In this document: positions 17,841-28,398 of the stretch, piece after piece | How the letters are laid out: each line of letters opens with the position of its first letter | Numbering within the stretch: the first letter of the stretch is position 1 | The notes under the pieces: generated by a model | The model's input: the letters and a program-made list of their open reading frames with translations, nothing else | Databases searched by the model: none | What the model was told of the DNA's origin: nothing | Assembly (NCBI GenBank): GCA_016700115.1 | Contig: CP064999.1 | Coordinates: 1,346,865-1,410,864 of the forward strand | DNA length: 64,000 nucleotides | From: Sphingobacteriales bacterium | Lineage (GTDB): Bacteria; Bacteroidota; Bacteroidia; Chitinophagales; UBA2359 | Reading direction: 5' to 3' | Translations under genes and position numbers: made by a program

Positions 17841-19595
17841 AACCACCGCCACCTTCCCCCGCGCCAACACACTGCCCGCCTGCTCGGCCACATAGAGATA
17901 CATCCCAACCGGAAGGTGTGCTACCGAAATGGTTTTGTTTGTTTCACCCGCCGCAAGGGTGGTTTGCAATACCATTTGACCGGTGAGGTTGTAGATGCTT
18001 ACCCCTAAATCCCCCTCTACCCCCCAGCCCCCTGAAGGGGGAGTTAAGCCTTCGGGTAGGGCAAAGGTAAGGGTGTTTTGTGCGGGATTGGGATAGACGA
18101 GGATGGAAGAACCCCCTGACCCCTCCCAAGAGCTATCGGGGATGCCTACCGCAATACCGCTCCCCGAACGTGCATATACAAGCTGTTGGGTAACACTGGT
18201 ATCGGAACAAACTATGGCGGTGAGGGTAACGAGGTAGTGGCCTTCTTCGGGATAGATGTGAGTGGGGTGGGTTGAGTTGCTGACAGCCCCGTCGCCAAAT
18301 TCCCAGATATAATGCCCGCCGTCTATGCTGTCGGGATAAACATATTGGCTTTGATTGAAGAAGGTGAACAATGCCGGCGGGGTGGTATCTTGCACGAATG
18401 TAAAATCTGCCTGCGGAAGACTGAGCAGCCCCATACAGTTGGTTTTAACGACCAACATATTGGCGGAACCGACCGGCTCGGTGCGGCCCACGCACAGAAA
18501 GCCTCCATCGGGGGCAGGGGTGAAATTGTAAAAATAATCGTTATTGGGTTCTGCGTCAAAATAGCGCACCCATAACGGCTCGCCGTCCGAGCCGCGCACT
18601 TTCATCAGAAAGGCTTCAATTTTTGCTCCGTCACGTTTGCTGCTTCCTGAACATACAATATTTTCACCCACTTGAAAAACAGCAGAAGCTTCATTAAAAC
18701 CATTGCCAAGTTGATAATGTCTGTCCCAAATAGTATTTCCAAGCGTGTCAACTCTTAACAAAAGTACTCGACCACTATAATAATCCATATAACTTGTACC
18801 GGCTATTATAAAATTATTTTCGTTGAAGCTGTTAAAACGATTGGCTAGTGCTTTTTTCCCTCCCCAATCATTAATTGTGCTGTGAAGAATATCGCCATCG
18901 TTGTTTATACGCATAAACAGCACATCTCCTTCAGAACTCATTATATTTCCATGATTTACCATTCCAACTAGAAAACATCCTCCGTCTGAGGCTGGCTGTA
19001 AGTCCGTAATCTTATTTTTGTTGGTAAAATTGTCATAATACCTGCGCCAAACCATTTCACCATCGGTTATTTTGGTCATCATTAAACGGTAGGGGTCGGA
19101 GGCGGTGGTTGCTGACTCGCCACCAAAATAGTAAGTGTTCGATTCTGGATAATATAAAAGTGCTCTGCCATTTGACAAAATTGGAGGATCGGGAAATTGG
19201 TAGAGGTTTAACACCTCTCCTGCGTGGTTGACTTCCATTAAAAAGGGATAACCGGTAGGAGGATAAGTGCCATAAGGATCATTATTTATTTGACCGCTAA
19301 ATGCATAGCCAAATGGTGTAATTACTAATCCTTGTAAGATAAATATTCCAAATTCTAAACCGTAATTTAGTTTATCAAAACTGCTTACTTCGCTATCTGA
19401 AAAAAACAGAAATGACTTAATATGGGATTCGGTAGTTAATTGAGTGGCTCCCCCGATAATTAACGTGCTGTCTGTCGTGTAATATGTTTTTAATGCAGAA
19501 GAATTAAAGGCATCAATACCTAACGATTTGATGAAATACTTTTCCTGTGCGTGTACAATTTGTGCGAACAAAAATATAATTATTATACGAAACAT
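17835..19595 (-). CDS. T9SS C-terminal-domain cargo protein B1
   Basis: Signal peptide MFRIIIIFLFAQIVHAQ. The C-terminal ~230 aa are nearly identical to 22775..24562. The CTD is YPNPAQNTLTFALPEG...VLARGKVAVVR. Confidence 0.8.
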   Translation of the reverse strand: MFRIIIIFLFAQIVHAQEKYFIKSLGIDAFNSSALKTYYTTDSTLIIGGATQLTTESHIKSFLFFSDSEVSSFDKLNYGLEFGIFILQGLVITPFGYAFSGQINNDPYGTYPPTGYPFLMEVNHAGEVLNLYQFPDPPILSNGRALLYYPESNTYYFGGESATTASDPYRLMMTKITDGEMVWRRYYDNFTNKNKITDLQPASDGGCFLVGMVNHGNIMSSEGDVLFMRINNDGDILHSTINDWGGKKALANRFNSFNENNFIIAGTSYMDYYSGRVLLLRVDTLGNTIWDRHYQLGNGFNEASAVFQVGENIVCSGSSKRDGAKIEAFLMKVRGSDGEPLWVRYFDAEPNNDYFYNFTPAPDGGFLCVGRTEPVGSANMLVVKTNCMGLLSLPQADFTFVQDTTPPALFTFFNQSQYVYPDSIDGGHYIWEFGDGAVSNSTHPTHIYPEEGHYLVTLTAIVCSDTSVTQQLVYARSGSGIAVGIPDSSWEGSGGSSILVYPNPAQNTLTFALPEGLTPPSGGWGVEGDLGVSIYNLTGQMVLQTTLAAGETNKTISVAHLPVGMYLYVAEQAGSVLARGKVAVVR

Positions 19596-19735
19596 GATTG
19601 TATTAGTTTTTGATGAACACTAAAGTTTGAGAATGATTTTTGACCTACTTCTTTAAGAAAAAAGAAGAATAAGAAAATAGAATTATCTAACCTGCCAAGC
19701 TCGAATTTAAACATGGCAGGTTAGATACAATAATA

Positions 19736-20428
19736 TTACTTTACGACCAAAATTTTACTGCTGCTTATTATTGCTCCGTTACTGGTAACCCGACAAAAAT
19801 ATAGCCCGTTTGGCCAATCGCTCATGGGTACGAATGTTTTACCGCTTTCTGTAACTGAAAGGCTGAATGTTAATTTGCCCAAGGCATCATATATGTTAAT
19901 GTCGGCGGTCGTTCTTGAAGGCAGGTTAGCGTTAATTTGTAGATACTCTGATGCCGGATTGGGCGTAATGCTGATGTTTGGAGCATCAAAAACACCGGTT
20001 TTAAACTGAATCGGCATCCCTTCCGTCAGGTCTTCGGGCAACGGGGGCAGTTCAACTATTATCTCTTCGCCATAAGCTAAATAGCGCAGCACTTTGGCAC
20101 TCATTGCTGAGGTGGTCTGACTTTGGGCAATCTGGCTCAAGAGGGCATCTTCTTCGGGGCTGAATTGTGTGTAGCTGCGGTTGTTTTGTGACATTTCTAT
20201 CTGCAAAGTCAACAATTGGCGGAAATGTTGATTGTCCAATCCCGTCTGCGGCAGGGTGTTACATATACTGTCTGCTTTGCTATACTGCCCTTGCTGCATA
20301 GACAGTGCAATTTTCATGCGTTTTGCAGTTTGAGTGTTAACACTTTCCAACAGCGACATGGCTTCAGCAGTATCGGAGGTTTCGGTCATGTAAAATAAAG
20401 TTTGGGTGGTGGTAAAAAATAATCGCAT
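19736..20428 (-). pseudogene. remnant/cassette: 230-aa C-terminal fragment paralogous to residues ~930-1160 of giant protein 24585..28067; no signal peptide
   Basis: Collinear with giant2 from ...YMAETSDTAEAMSLLESVNTQTAKRMKIALSMQQGQYS... through the T9SS CTD. Homology breaks exactly where the upstream repeat R abuts. Confidence 0.5.
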
Positions 20429-20577
20429 CTTCTTAGTTTTATCAATCGGCTAAGACAGGGTTTTGGGTTGCTTTACTTATTTTATTCCTTTTCACAGAAA
20501 AAAATCAGCTTAAAATCGCACTTTTTTTCATTTTTTTTGAAAAAAAGTTTTTTTGAGCATCAGATGCCTGCTTTTCT
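20416..20577. repeat. 162-bp direct repeat, left copy (candidate long target-site duplication of the IS1634-family element)
   Basis: AAAAATAATCGCATCTTCTTAG...CAGATGCCTGCTTTTCT is identical to 22427..22589, and the two copies immediately flank the IS inverted repeats. Confidence 0.75.
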
Positions 20578-22426
20578 CCTGACTTTGACAGTTAAATGAG
20601 ATAACCCGTTAATAATCAATGATAATAAGAAATAAGAAACCGCAATTGTAGTGGCAACTTTTTTTCTTAGGCTATTGTTTTTAAGACAATATGCTTACAT
20701 TTGCGGTATGTTTGTAAAAGCCACTAAATCTAAAAACCATACGTATATTCAGTTAGTGGAATCTTTTCGTGAAGGAAAGACTACCAAGCACAAGGTAATT
20801 GCCAACTTTGGTCGCCTTGACCAGTTGCGTGATTCAGGATTCCTACTATCAGTTGGGCAGAAATTGCTGTCATTGAATAACACGCCTTGCATTGGGGCAG
20901 AGAATTTGCAGGAAACTGCACGCTTCTGTTATGGTCATTTGGTCTATAAAAAAGTATGGGAGCAACTTGGCATCGGAGAAATTATCAAAAAATGTGCTAA
21001 GGGAACAAGGATAAAGTTCGATATAGAAGAGGTGATTTTCTATTGTGTGATTCATCGTCTGTTGAAAAGCAAATCAAAACATCAAGCATTTAAAGATCAG
21101 AAATTGTTTTATGGGCTAGGAAACATAATTGGGTTGCAAGAAATTTACCGAAGTTTAGATTTTTTGTGTGATAAAAAGCAGGCAATTGAGACACAACTGT
21201 TTTACCATAAAAAAGGCGTTTATGCTAAGCCCATCGAAGTTGCTTTTATGATGTAACGAATTATCACTTTGAGACAAACAGAGCAGATGCTTTACGCGAA
21301 TTTGGGTTTAGCAAAGCTGGAAAGTTTAATGAAGTACAAGTGGTGATGGGCTTATTTATAGATAGCACAGGCAGACCGATAGGCTACGATCTTTTTCCGG
21401 GTAATACTTTTGATGGTCAGACGATGGTAGATGCGCTGAAAATGTTAGAAAAGCAGTTTAATATAAGAAAAGTCATTGTAGTAGCCGACAAAGGTCTCAA
21501 CTCGAAAGAAAATTTTAATTTAATACGTCAAGCGGGCTATGACTACATTGTTAGTGCCCGCTTAAAATCGATGCCCCAAAAGTTGGTACAAAAGATTTTG
21601 GCAACTAATGATATGGAGACAAAGACTGTGTGCGAGGATACGGGTGAAGTAACATTTAGCTGGAAAGTGTTGGATTACGAAACAACCTACAGCGATGCCA
21701 ATAAAAAGAAACAAAATTGCAAGATAAACTCCTAATTACTTGGAGTGCCAAAAGGGCAGCCAAAGACGCAAGAGACAGGGAAAGACAAATACAAAAAGCA
21801 AAAGTCAAATTAGACAACGGAGCGGACTTGCAAAACAAAAAGGGGGCTAACCGATTCCTGAAAATGGCGGAGAGTACCAATACAAAAGCTGCTGAAATAG
21901 ACCAAGAACGAATAGATGAAGATGCAAAATGGGATGGTTACTACGGCATACAGTATAGTAAAACGGATATGACGAACGAAGAAGTCTTGGCAAACTACCA
22001 TCAATTATGGAAAATAGAAGAAAGTTTCCGGGTATTGAAGACCACCCTATCCACTCGACCAATTTTTCATTGGACACCCAAAAGGATAAAAGGACATTTC
22101 ATGACCTGTTTTTTAGCATTCATGCTCGAACGGACGGTGGAACTAACCCTAAAGTTTGCAAACATCAACTTAAGTCCATGCAGTATTAAAGAAGAACTCA
22201 ATCAAATGCAATTGTCTGAACTAACAATTGATGATAAAAAGTACTTGCTGAAAGGTGCTGACACAGCATTAACCAACAAAATCCTTTCGGCATTTCGTAT
22301 CCCTCCGTTCAAAGACTTAACTCCAGCGAACTAAATAACCCGTTTTGTAGTGGCAACTATGCCATTTTGAGAAAACTTAACTCGCTGATTATCAATGGTT
22401 TGTGAAATTTAACTGTCAAAGTCAGG
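20578..22426 (+). mobile_element. IS1634-family (IS4 superfamily) insertion sequence, transposase disrupted into three ORFs
   Basis: 20-bp terminal inverted repeats CCTGACTTTGACAGTTAAAT (20578..20597, inverted at 22407..22426). The N-terminus ...KSKNHTYIQLVESFREGKTTKHKVIANFGRLDQL is typical of IS1634 transposases. The ORFs 20651..21256, 21340..21735 and 21717..22334 are collinear but frame-broken. Confidence 0.75.
20651..22334 (+). pseudogene. IS1634-family transposase, interrupted by at least 2 frameshifts/stops
   Basis: Three consecutive ORFs totalling about 537 aa in different frames, which matches the ~540-600 aa of intact family members. Confidence 0.65.
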
Positions 22427-22589
22427 AAAAATAATCGCATCTTCTTAGTTTTATCAATCGGCTAAGACAGGGTTTTGGGTTGCTTTACTTATTTTATTCC
22501 TTTTCACAGAAAAAAATCAGCTTAAAATCGCACTTTTTTTCATTTTTTTTGAAAAAAAGTTTTTTTGAGCATCAGATGCCTGCTTTTCT
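22427..22589. repeat. 162-bp direct repeat, right copy
   Basis: See 20416..20577. The sequence continues (22590..22640) into TAACGAAAAATAATTTACCTGGGTTGCCTGAAAC, which matches the third copy at 28210..28355. Confidence 0.75.
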
Positions 22590-22774
22590 TAACGAAAAAT
22601 AATTTACCTGGGTTGCCTGAAACTCTTTAAACATAGGATGTTTCTGAATCATCCTATGTTTTTGCTGATTGCCTGTATTTGTCAATCCTTATAGGTTTGC
22701 CAAACCTATAAGGATTTTAAACACTACCACCTTTCAGGGTTTTTCACTTTTCACTTTTAGTTTTTCACTTTTCA

Positions 22775-24508
22775 CTACCTAACCACCGCCACCTTCCCCC
22801 GCGCCAACACGCTCCCCAATTGCTCAACGGAATACAAATACACCCCCTCTTGCAAATGGGCTATTGAAATGGTTTTATGCGTTTCCCCAGCACCGAGAGT
22901 AGTTTGAAGCACGGTTTGACCGGTGAGGGAGAGGAGTTTTACCCCTAAATCCCCTGAAGGGGACTTTGACCCTTCGGGTAGGGCAAAGGTCAGCGTGTTT
23001 TGTGCGGGGTTGGGGTAAACTTGGATGAAGTTCTCACCCTTCAGGGGGTTGGGCGGCAGCCCCACCGCAATACCACTCCCCGAACGTGCATATACAAGCT
23101 GTTGGGTAACACTGGTATCGGAACAAACTATGGCGGTGAGGGTAACGAGGTAGTGGCCTTCTTCGGGATAGATGTGAGTGGGGTGGGTTGAGTTGCTGAC
23201 AGCCCCGTCGCCAAATTCCCAGATAAAATGCCCGCCGTCTATGCTGTCGGGATAAACGTATTGGCTTTGATTGAAGAAGGTGAACAATGCCGGCGGGGTG
23301 GTATCTTGCACGAATGTAAAATCTGCCTGCGGAAGACTGAGCAGCCCCATACAGTTGGTTTTGACAACCAACACATTGGCAGCACCGACCGGCTCGGTGC
23401 GGCCCACGCACAGAAAACCTCCATCGGGAGCAGGGTTAAAATCGTAAAAAAAATCGTTATTGGGTTCTGCGTCAAAATAGCGCACCCATAACGGTTCGCC
23501 ATCCGAACCTCTTACCTTCATAAGTAAGGCTTCTATTTTATCACTCGTTTGTCTTTTAGCACTTCCTATCATGATATAATTTTCTCCCAATTGATATATT
23601 TTGTCAAATACACTTTGTTGATAATCAGGGAAATACTGCCTTGTCCATAAGTTTTCTCCTGCTTTACTTATTTTTAAAAGCCTTGCATACTTGCCGGTTA
23701 CACCGGCAAGCATAATGCAAGAATCATTTGTAAATGTAAATGTACCGGCACCAGCTTTTTGACCTGCAAAATATGTGTTGAGATTAACGATATTCCCTTC
23801 AGGGTCAATACACATAAACAACATATCCGCATTCAAAGTATTGGGTATCAAATTTACACAACCTGTCGCATAACACCCACCGTCGGCAGTGGGAAGCAAG
23901 TCCAATATATAATTTCGATTGGAAAAGTTGTCGTAATATCTGCGCCAAACTATTTCACCATCTGTTATTTTGGTAATGACCAATCGGTAAGGTTCGGCTG
24001 CTGTTGTAAAGGCATTACCACCCAAATAATAGGTATTGGTTTCGGGGTAATATAACAAAGTGTAGCCATTTCCCTCATAAGGAGGATCGGGCAACTGAAA
24101 GTGATTTATTACCTCGCCGGCATGATTAACCTCTATAATGTATGGGTAGCTGTATATATCCCAAGGAAGCGTTTCATAAGGTTCGTTGTTCATCCACCCG
24201 CAAAAGGCATAACCAAATGGCGTAGTAATCAAATCTAACACCCCAAAAGTGCCAAAATCTTCGCCATAAGTCAACAGTGTTTGGTTTTCGGCATATTGAT
24301 CGGTAAAGAGTAAAAATGTTTTTTCTAATGATGTAGTCGTCAATGCTCCGCCACAACCTAAAACCAATAGCGTATCATTAATATAATATACTTTGTTTGA
24401 ACTCTGTCCATAACCCCAACCGATAGATTTTTCGAAATACTTTTCCTGTGCTGTCAGCCTAATACATCCATACAGACATAGACATATTATTATGATTAAT
24501 TGTTTCAT
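22775..24508 (-). CDS. T9SS C-terminal-domain cargo protein B2
   Basis: Probable start at MKQLIIIICLCLYGCIRLTAQ (the track ORF extends to 24562). Paralog of B1. Confidence 0.75.
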   Translation of the reverse strand: MKQLIIIICLCLYGCIRLTAQEKYFEKSIGWGYGQSSNKVYYINDTLLVLGCGGALTTTSLEKTFLLFTDQYAENQTLLTYGEDFGTFGVLDLITTPFGYAFCGWMNNEPYETLPWDIYSYPYIIEVNHAGEVINHFQLPDPPYEGNGYTLLYYPETNTYYLGGNAFTTAAEPYRLVITKITDGEIVWRRYYDNFSNRNYILDLLPTADGGCYATGCVNLIPNTLNADMLFMCIDPEGNIVNLNTYFAGQKAGAGTFTFTNDSCIMLAGVTGKYARLLKISKAGENLWTRQYFPDYQQSVFDKIYQLGENYIMIGSAKRQTSDKIEALLMKVRGSDGEPLWVRYFDAEPNNDFFYDFNPAPDGGFLCVGRTEPVGAANVLVVKTNCMGLLSLPQADFTFVQDTTPPALFTFFNQSQYVYPDSIDGGHFIWEFGDGAVSNSTHPTHIYPEEGHYLVTLTAIVCSDTSVTQQLVYARSGSGIAVGLPPNPLKGENFIQVYPNPAQNTLTFALPEGSKSPSGDLGVKLLSLTGQTVLQTTLGAGETHKTISIAHLQEGVYLYSVEQLGSVLARGKVAVVR

Positions 24509-24584
24509 TTTACAGTAGATTTTACCATCGTATTGGCGGCTAATATTAATATTAGCCGCCAATACGATGGAGGATTAACAAATA

Positions 24585-27500
24585 TTACTTGGATACTAAT
24601 ATTTTACCGGTAGAAAGCAGGTGTCCGTTTTGCACTAAGCGGTAGAAGTAGATGCCGTTTGTCCAGTCCTCAATACTGAGTTGCAGGTTGCCGGTTTGAG
24701 ATACTGCTTGGCGATAGACACGTTTGCCCGTTGTGTTGTATATTTCTAAATCTGCCAATGTTTTGTCTGGCAGACGATACTGTATCTGTAATTGTGTGGC
24801 GGCGGGATTAGGTGCAATGCTAATTAAACTGGAATTTGCCTCTCTGGTTTTAAACTGTATGGGCATTCCTTCCGTCAGGTCTTCGGGCAGCGGGGGCAGT
24901 TCTACCAATATGTCTTCGCCGTAAGCTAAATAGCGTAGTACTTTGGCACTCATTGCCGAGGTAGTCTGACTTTGAGCAATCTGACTTAACAGGGCATCTT
25001 CTTCAGGGCTGAATTGGGTGTAGCTTCGGTTGGTTTGTGCCAACGCTATCTGCAAAGACAATAACTCACGGAAATATTGATTGTCCAATCCCGTCTGTGG
25101 CAGAGTGTTACATATACTGTCTGCTTTGCTATACTGCCCTTGCTGCATAGACAGTGCAATTTTCATGCGTTTTGCAGTTTGAGTGTTAACACTTTCCAAC
25201 AGCGACATGGCTTCAGCAGTATCGGAGGTTTCGGCCATATAATGCCAGAATTTTTGTACCAACAAACGGTCTGCCTGTTTTTCGTCTGTCATTTCGGCTA
25301 TCTCTTCTTTGGGTATTTCCTGCCAGGTTTCACAATCTACGGTTTCACCGGCACTCCAACACGGCACCAAAGTTACCACCCCGCCTGCGGCATTGCTGAC
25401 ACTGGGAGTTAGTGGGGATATTGGCCGGTGTACATAATCGAAATTGTCGTTTATCACCGAGCGGATATCTACCAAAGTAGAGTTGATAAAGAGGTTGTCA
25501 GCGGGTTCATCAACTAATGGTGGCAAAAAATAACACTCCCCCTGATCGTCTAGTTCACCTGCAACCGGGGTAGTGCTATCATCAATCAGATATATGGCAA
25601 CATATTGTTCATAAAATTGGTTGCAATAGATATAAGTGCCATCGTTGTCGCCAATCATCCAGGCGCCGAGAAAATTGTCGGTAAAAATGTTTTCGTGGGC
25701 GATATTTGTTTCGTGGTCACTGTTCATAATGACCAAACCTGCCGTTACATGACTGATGTCGTCGTTATAGATATTGAAGCGTGACTGCACGGAGGCTATG
25801 CCATAGGAAGGCGAGCTGTATCCAAAGCCCGTGATGGTGTTTTGACTGGTTACAAGACGGTTGCCGAGTGTTTGGGCGGCAAAGACACAATTGGTAAACG
25901 TATTTGAATTTAAGAAAGTGGACAACAGGGTAAAAGTAAAGGTGCCGGCAGACGACATGCCGACCGCACAGTCGGAAAAATCATTGTTGTTAAAAACCCA
26001 ACTTGATATTTCAAAACCCCTTGCGCCAAACTTGGAAGTGGTAAAATTGTTTCCGTTCAAGACTAAGCGATGGTAGTCTTCGCCATAAATACCTGCTTCG
26101 GAATCGAAAAATGTTGTACCCGAGAGAACATTGAAGGGATATAAAACTAAAGGTGCTCCCCAAAACTTAACCGTATTTATGTAGGTAACGGCTGAGGGAA
26201 TGGGGGTGTTTGTGTTTACATACCAACTCAAATTAACACCCTGAAAACATTCGAATATATAACCCTCGTCTAACTGAATAACCCCTCCGGCAGTATTGAC
26301 AGCCGATGCGGAATTGGTGCTTGGTTTCAACAATAACGGCGTAAGCGTTGGGCAGTTTGTATCAAAAGGATCGTCGCATAACAGATAAGGATGGGTTTGT
26401 AGTTCATCGGCTATATTGGCAATATCTATCATGGGCACAAACATGCCGGCAATGCCGATCAGGGCACTTTGCAATTTCAGGTCATCACAAATATACCCTT
26501 CCAATTTACCGTAATTGGGCAACGCATCGGGCATAATCGCCCGTAAAACAGTCTTTCCGGGTCCCAAAACCCTGATGCCCTGCCACATGCTGCAAACAGG
26601 TTTCAACTCAACCCCTTTATTGAAGGTCAAAACAGCACCTTGCTCTACGATTATTCTTCCGCGAGGGCCGAAGTTTATATTTAATCCGGTACCGCTTGAG
26701 CCGGTAAATCCCATAACAATATGGATGCCTCTCGGAATAATGATATCGGTATTGACCAAAAATGGAACGGCAGTACCACCAAAAACTGTTTTCAATTCAT
26801 TGCTTGCATCTGTCCATGTGCCCGAAACGGTTACGGTATAGGCCATATTGTCATAAACGAGTGATAGCCCCGATGAATTCTGGTCTATGCGAAACGCGGT
26901 TTCATGCAAACAGCATTGAAAATCTTCTTGAGACAATATTTCCGTGATTTCAAGCGGCGGCTCCGGTGGTTCGGGGCAACAATCTGCTGGAGCATTTATT
27001 TTAATTATAACAAAATCATCAATACAATTACTGCTGGTTTCGTGTTCAAAAACGGCATAGTTGGGGTTGTTTGCCAATGAACGGATAAGCCTGTACCAGG
27101 TTGGTTGAACTGGGTAAACGGTTATTTCGGGTTGAGTTTCAGACATTGGTAGCCATGTAAAGCCGTAATTGGTCGAATATTCCCAAGTAAACTGCAAATC
27201 GGTCATAAGGTCGCAATGCCACCCTATAGCAATTCCGTTTTCAGCCTGTTCGCAGGAAGCATTTATTTCTGTATTTATATCCATAAAGTCATCTTCTATC
27301 AGGTGAACTTGGTCAATATAAGCAAAAATCAATTCGTGGCAGTCGTCTTGTTGCGGGTAAATGTATAGTGTGTTCCAAGTTTTTTCGGGAGTGAAGCATT
27401 GGAATACTTTTTGCCAGTTGGTGATGGTTATACTGGTTTCATGTAGCACGTTTTCAAAGTTCGCAGGGTCTGGCTGTAAGTAATGATCGGTGTTCCACGT

Positions 27501-28067
27501 AATTTCGTCCCAATTAGTAAGTTTGATGTACATATTATCCAATTCGTTGGTAAAGGGTCCTGAATATCCGGCATAAGTTCCTACACATTCTCCCGGTGGC
27601 ATTAAAAACTCAGATCCGTCACCAACAAAATCACCACCTCCCGGATCACAATACAACAATATTCTCCTTAAATAGCTCATTATATATGGCGTTCCGCTCT
27701 GTAAATCTACCTCTGCCATAATGCCTTCACCCCGTTGGCAACATTCTGCCGGTTCGTCCACTTCGTTATCGGTTGCCCACATTCTTATCTGTGTATCGTC
27801 CGTTGGAGTATCATTCACATCACTAAAATCGGGAGAACCATAAATATTTCTCCATCCCGGAAAGTTGTAACAAGTAGTAGGGGGGGTAGTTGCAAATTTC
27901 ATTTGCTCCCAAGACAAACAATCATAATCATTTATACTGGCTGCAACAATACATGAAGGCGGAATAACTAACTCCGGATTGCAAAGCAACATACAATTAG
28001 CTGCCGGAGTACAATAGTCATCCGGCCATGTGCCTTGGGCTAAGAGGTGGTTTACCCCCCCCCCCAT
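24585..28067 (-). CDS. giant (1160 aa as read) T9SS cargo protein; 5' end lies in a G11 tract, and an upstream out-of-frame signal peptide begins at 28130
   Basis: Long ORF with the beta-helix-like WQGIRVLGPG block and a canonical T9SS CTD (...WTNGIYFYRLVQNGHLLSTGKILVSK). The ATG sits inside ATGGGGGGGGGGG. The frame MKTNQNPFFRFVAIVCISLIFNGGGG starting at 28130 is +1 relative to the body. Confidence 0.75.
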   Translation of the reverse strand: MGGGVNHLLAQGTWPDDYCTPAANCMLLCNPELVIPPSCIVAASINDYDCLSWEQMKFATTPPTTCYNFPGWRNIYGSPDFSDVNDTPTDDTQIRMWATDNEVDEPAECCQRGEGIMAEVDLQSGTPYIMSYLRRILLYCDPGGGDFVGDGSEFLMPPGECVGTYAGYSGPFTNELDNMYIKLTNWDEITWNTDHYLQPDPANFENVLHETSITITNWQKVFQCFTPEKTWNTLYIYPQQDDCHELIFAYIDQVHLIEDDFMDINTEINASCEQAENGIAIGWHCDLMTDLQFTWEYSTNYGFTWLPMSETQPEITVYPVQPTWYRLIRSLANNPNYAVFEHETSSNCIDDFVIIKINAPADCCPEPPEPPLEITEILSQEDFQCCLHETAFRIDQNSSGLSLVYDNMAYTVTVSGTWTDASNELKTVFGGTAVPFLVNTDIIIPRGIHIVMGFTGSSGTGLNINFGPRGRIIVEQGAVLTFNKGVELKPVCSMWQGIRVLGPGKTVLRAIMPDALPNYGKLEGYICDDLKLQSALIGIAGMFVPMIDIANIADELQTHPYLLCDDPFDTNCPTLTPLLLKPSTNSASAVNTAGGVIQLDEGYIFECFQGVNLSWYVNTNTPIPSAVTYINTVKFWGAPLVLYPFNVLSGTTFFDSEAGIYGEDYHRLVLNGNNFTTSKFGARGFEISSWVFNNNDFSDCAVGMSSAGTFTFTLLSTFLNSNTFTNCVFAAQTLGNRLVTSQNTITGFGYSSPSYGIASVQSRFNIYNDDISHVTAGLVIMNSDHETNIAHENIFTDNFLGAWMIGDNDGTYIYCNQFYEQYVAIYLIDDSTTPVAGELDDQGECYFLPPLVDEPADNLFINSTLVDIRSVINDNFDYVHRPISPLTPSVSNAAGGVVTLVPCWSAGETVDCETWQEIPKEEIAEMTDEKQADRLLVQKFWHYMAETSDTAEAMSLLESVNTQTAKRMKIALSMQQGQYSKADSICNTLPQTGLDNQYFRELLSLQIALAQTNRSYTQFSPEEDALLSQIAQSQTTSAMSAKVLRYLAYGEDILVELPPLPEDLTEGMPIQFKTREANSSLISIAPNPAATQLQIQYRLPDKTLADLEIYNTTGKRVYRQAVSQTGNLQLSIEDWTNGIYFYRLVQNGHLLSTGKILVSK

Positions 28068-28209
28068 TAAAAATTAAACTAATGCAAACAATCGCTACAA
28101 AGCGGAAAAACGGGTTTTGGTTTGTTTTCATACAAAAATAAAAGTTTTGGTTTAAAATTCTGCATCATCTTAAGTTTATCTTTCTCTCAGGAAAGAGTTT
28201 ATCTGGTGC

Positions 28210-28355
28210 CTTACTTATATTATTCCTTTTCACAGAAAAAAATCAGCTTAAAATCGCACTTTTTTTCATTTTTTTTGAAAAAAGTTTTTTTTAACATCAA
28301 ATGCCTGTTTTTGTTAACGAAAAATAATTTACCTGGGTTGCCTGAAACCGGATCT
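28210..28355. repeat. third copy of the ~150-bp upstream element R (5' region of giant2)
   Basis: CTTACTTATATTATTCCTTTTCACAGAAAAAAATCAGCTTAAAATCGCACTTTTTTTCATTTTTTTTGAAAAAAG... matches the repeats flanking the IS. Confidence 0.7.
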
Positions 28356-28398
28356 GTCGGGGATATATTGTACCCCCCAATAATGCTTGTCAACGGTC

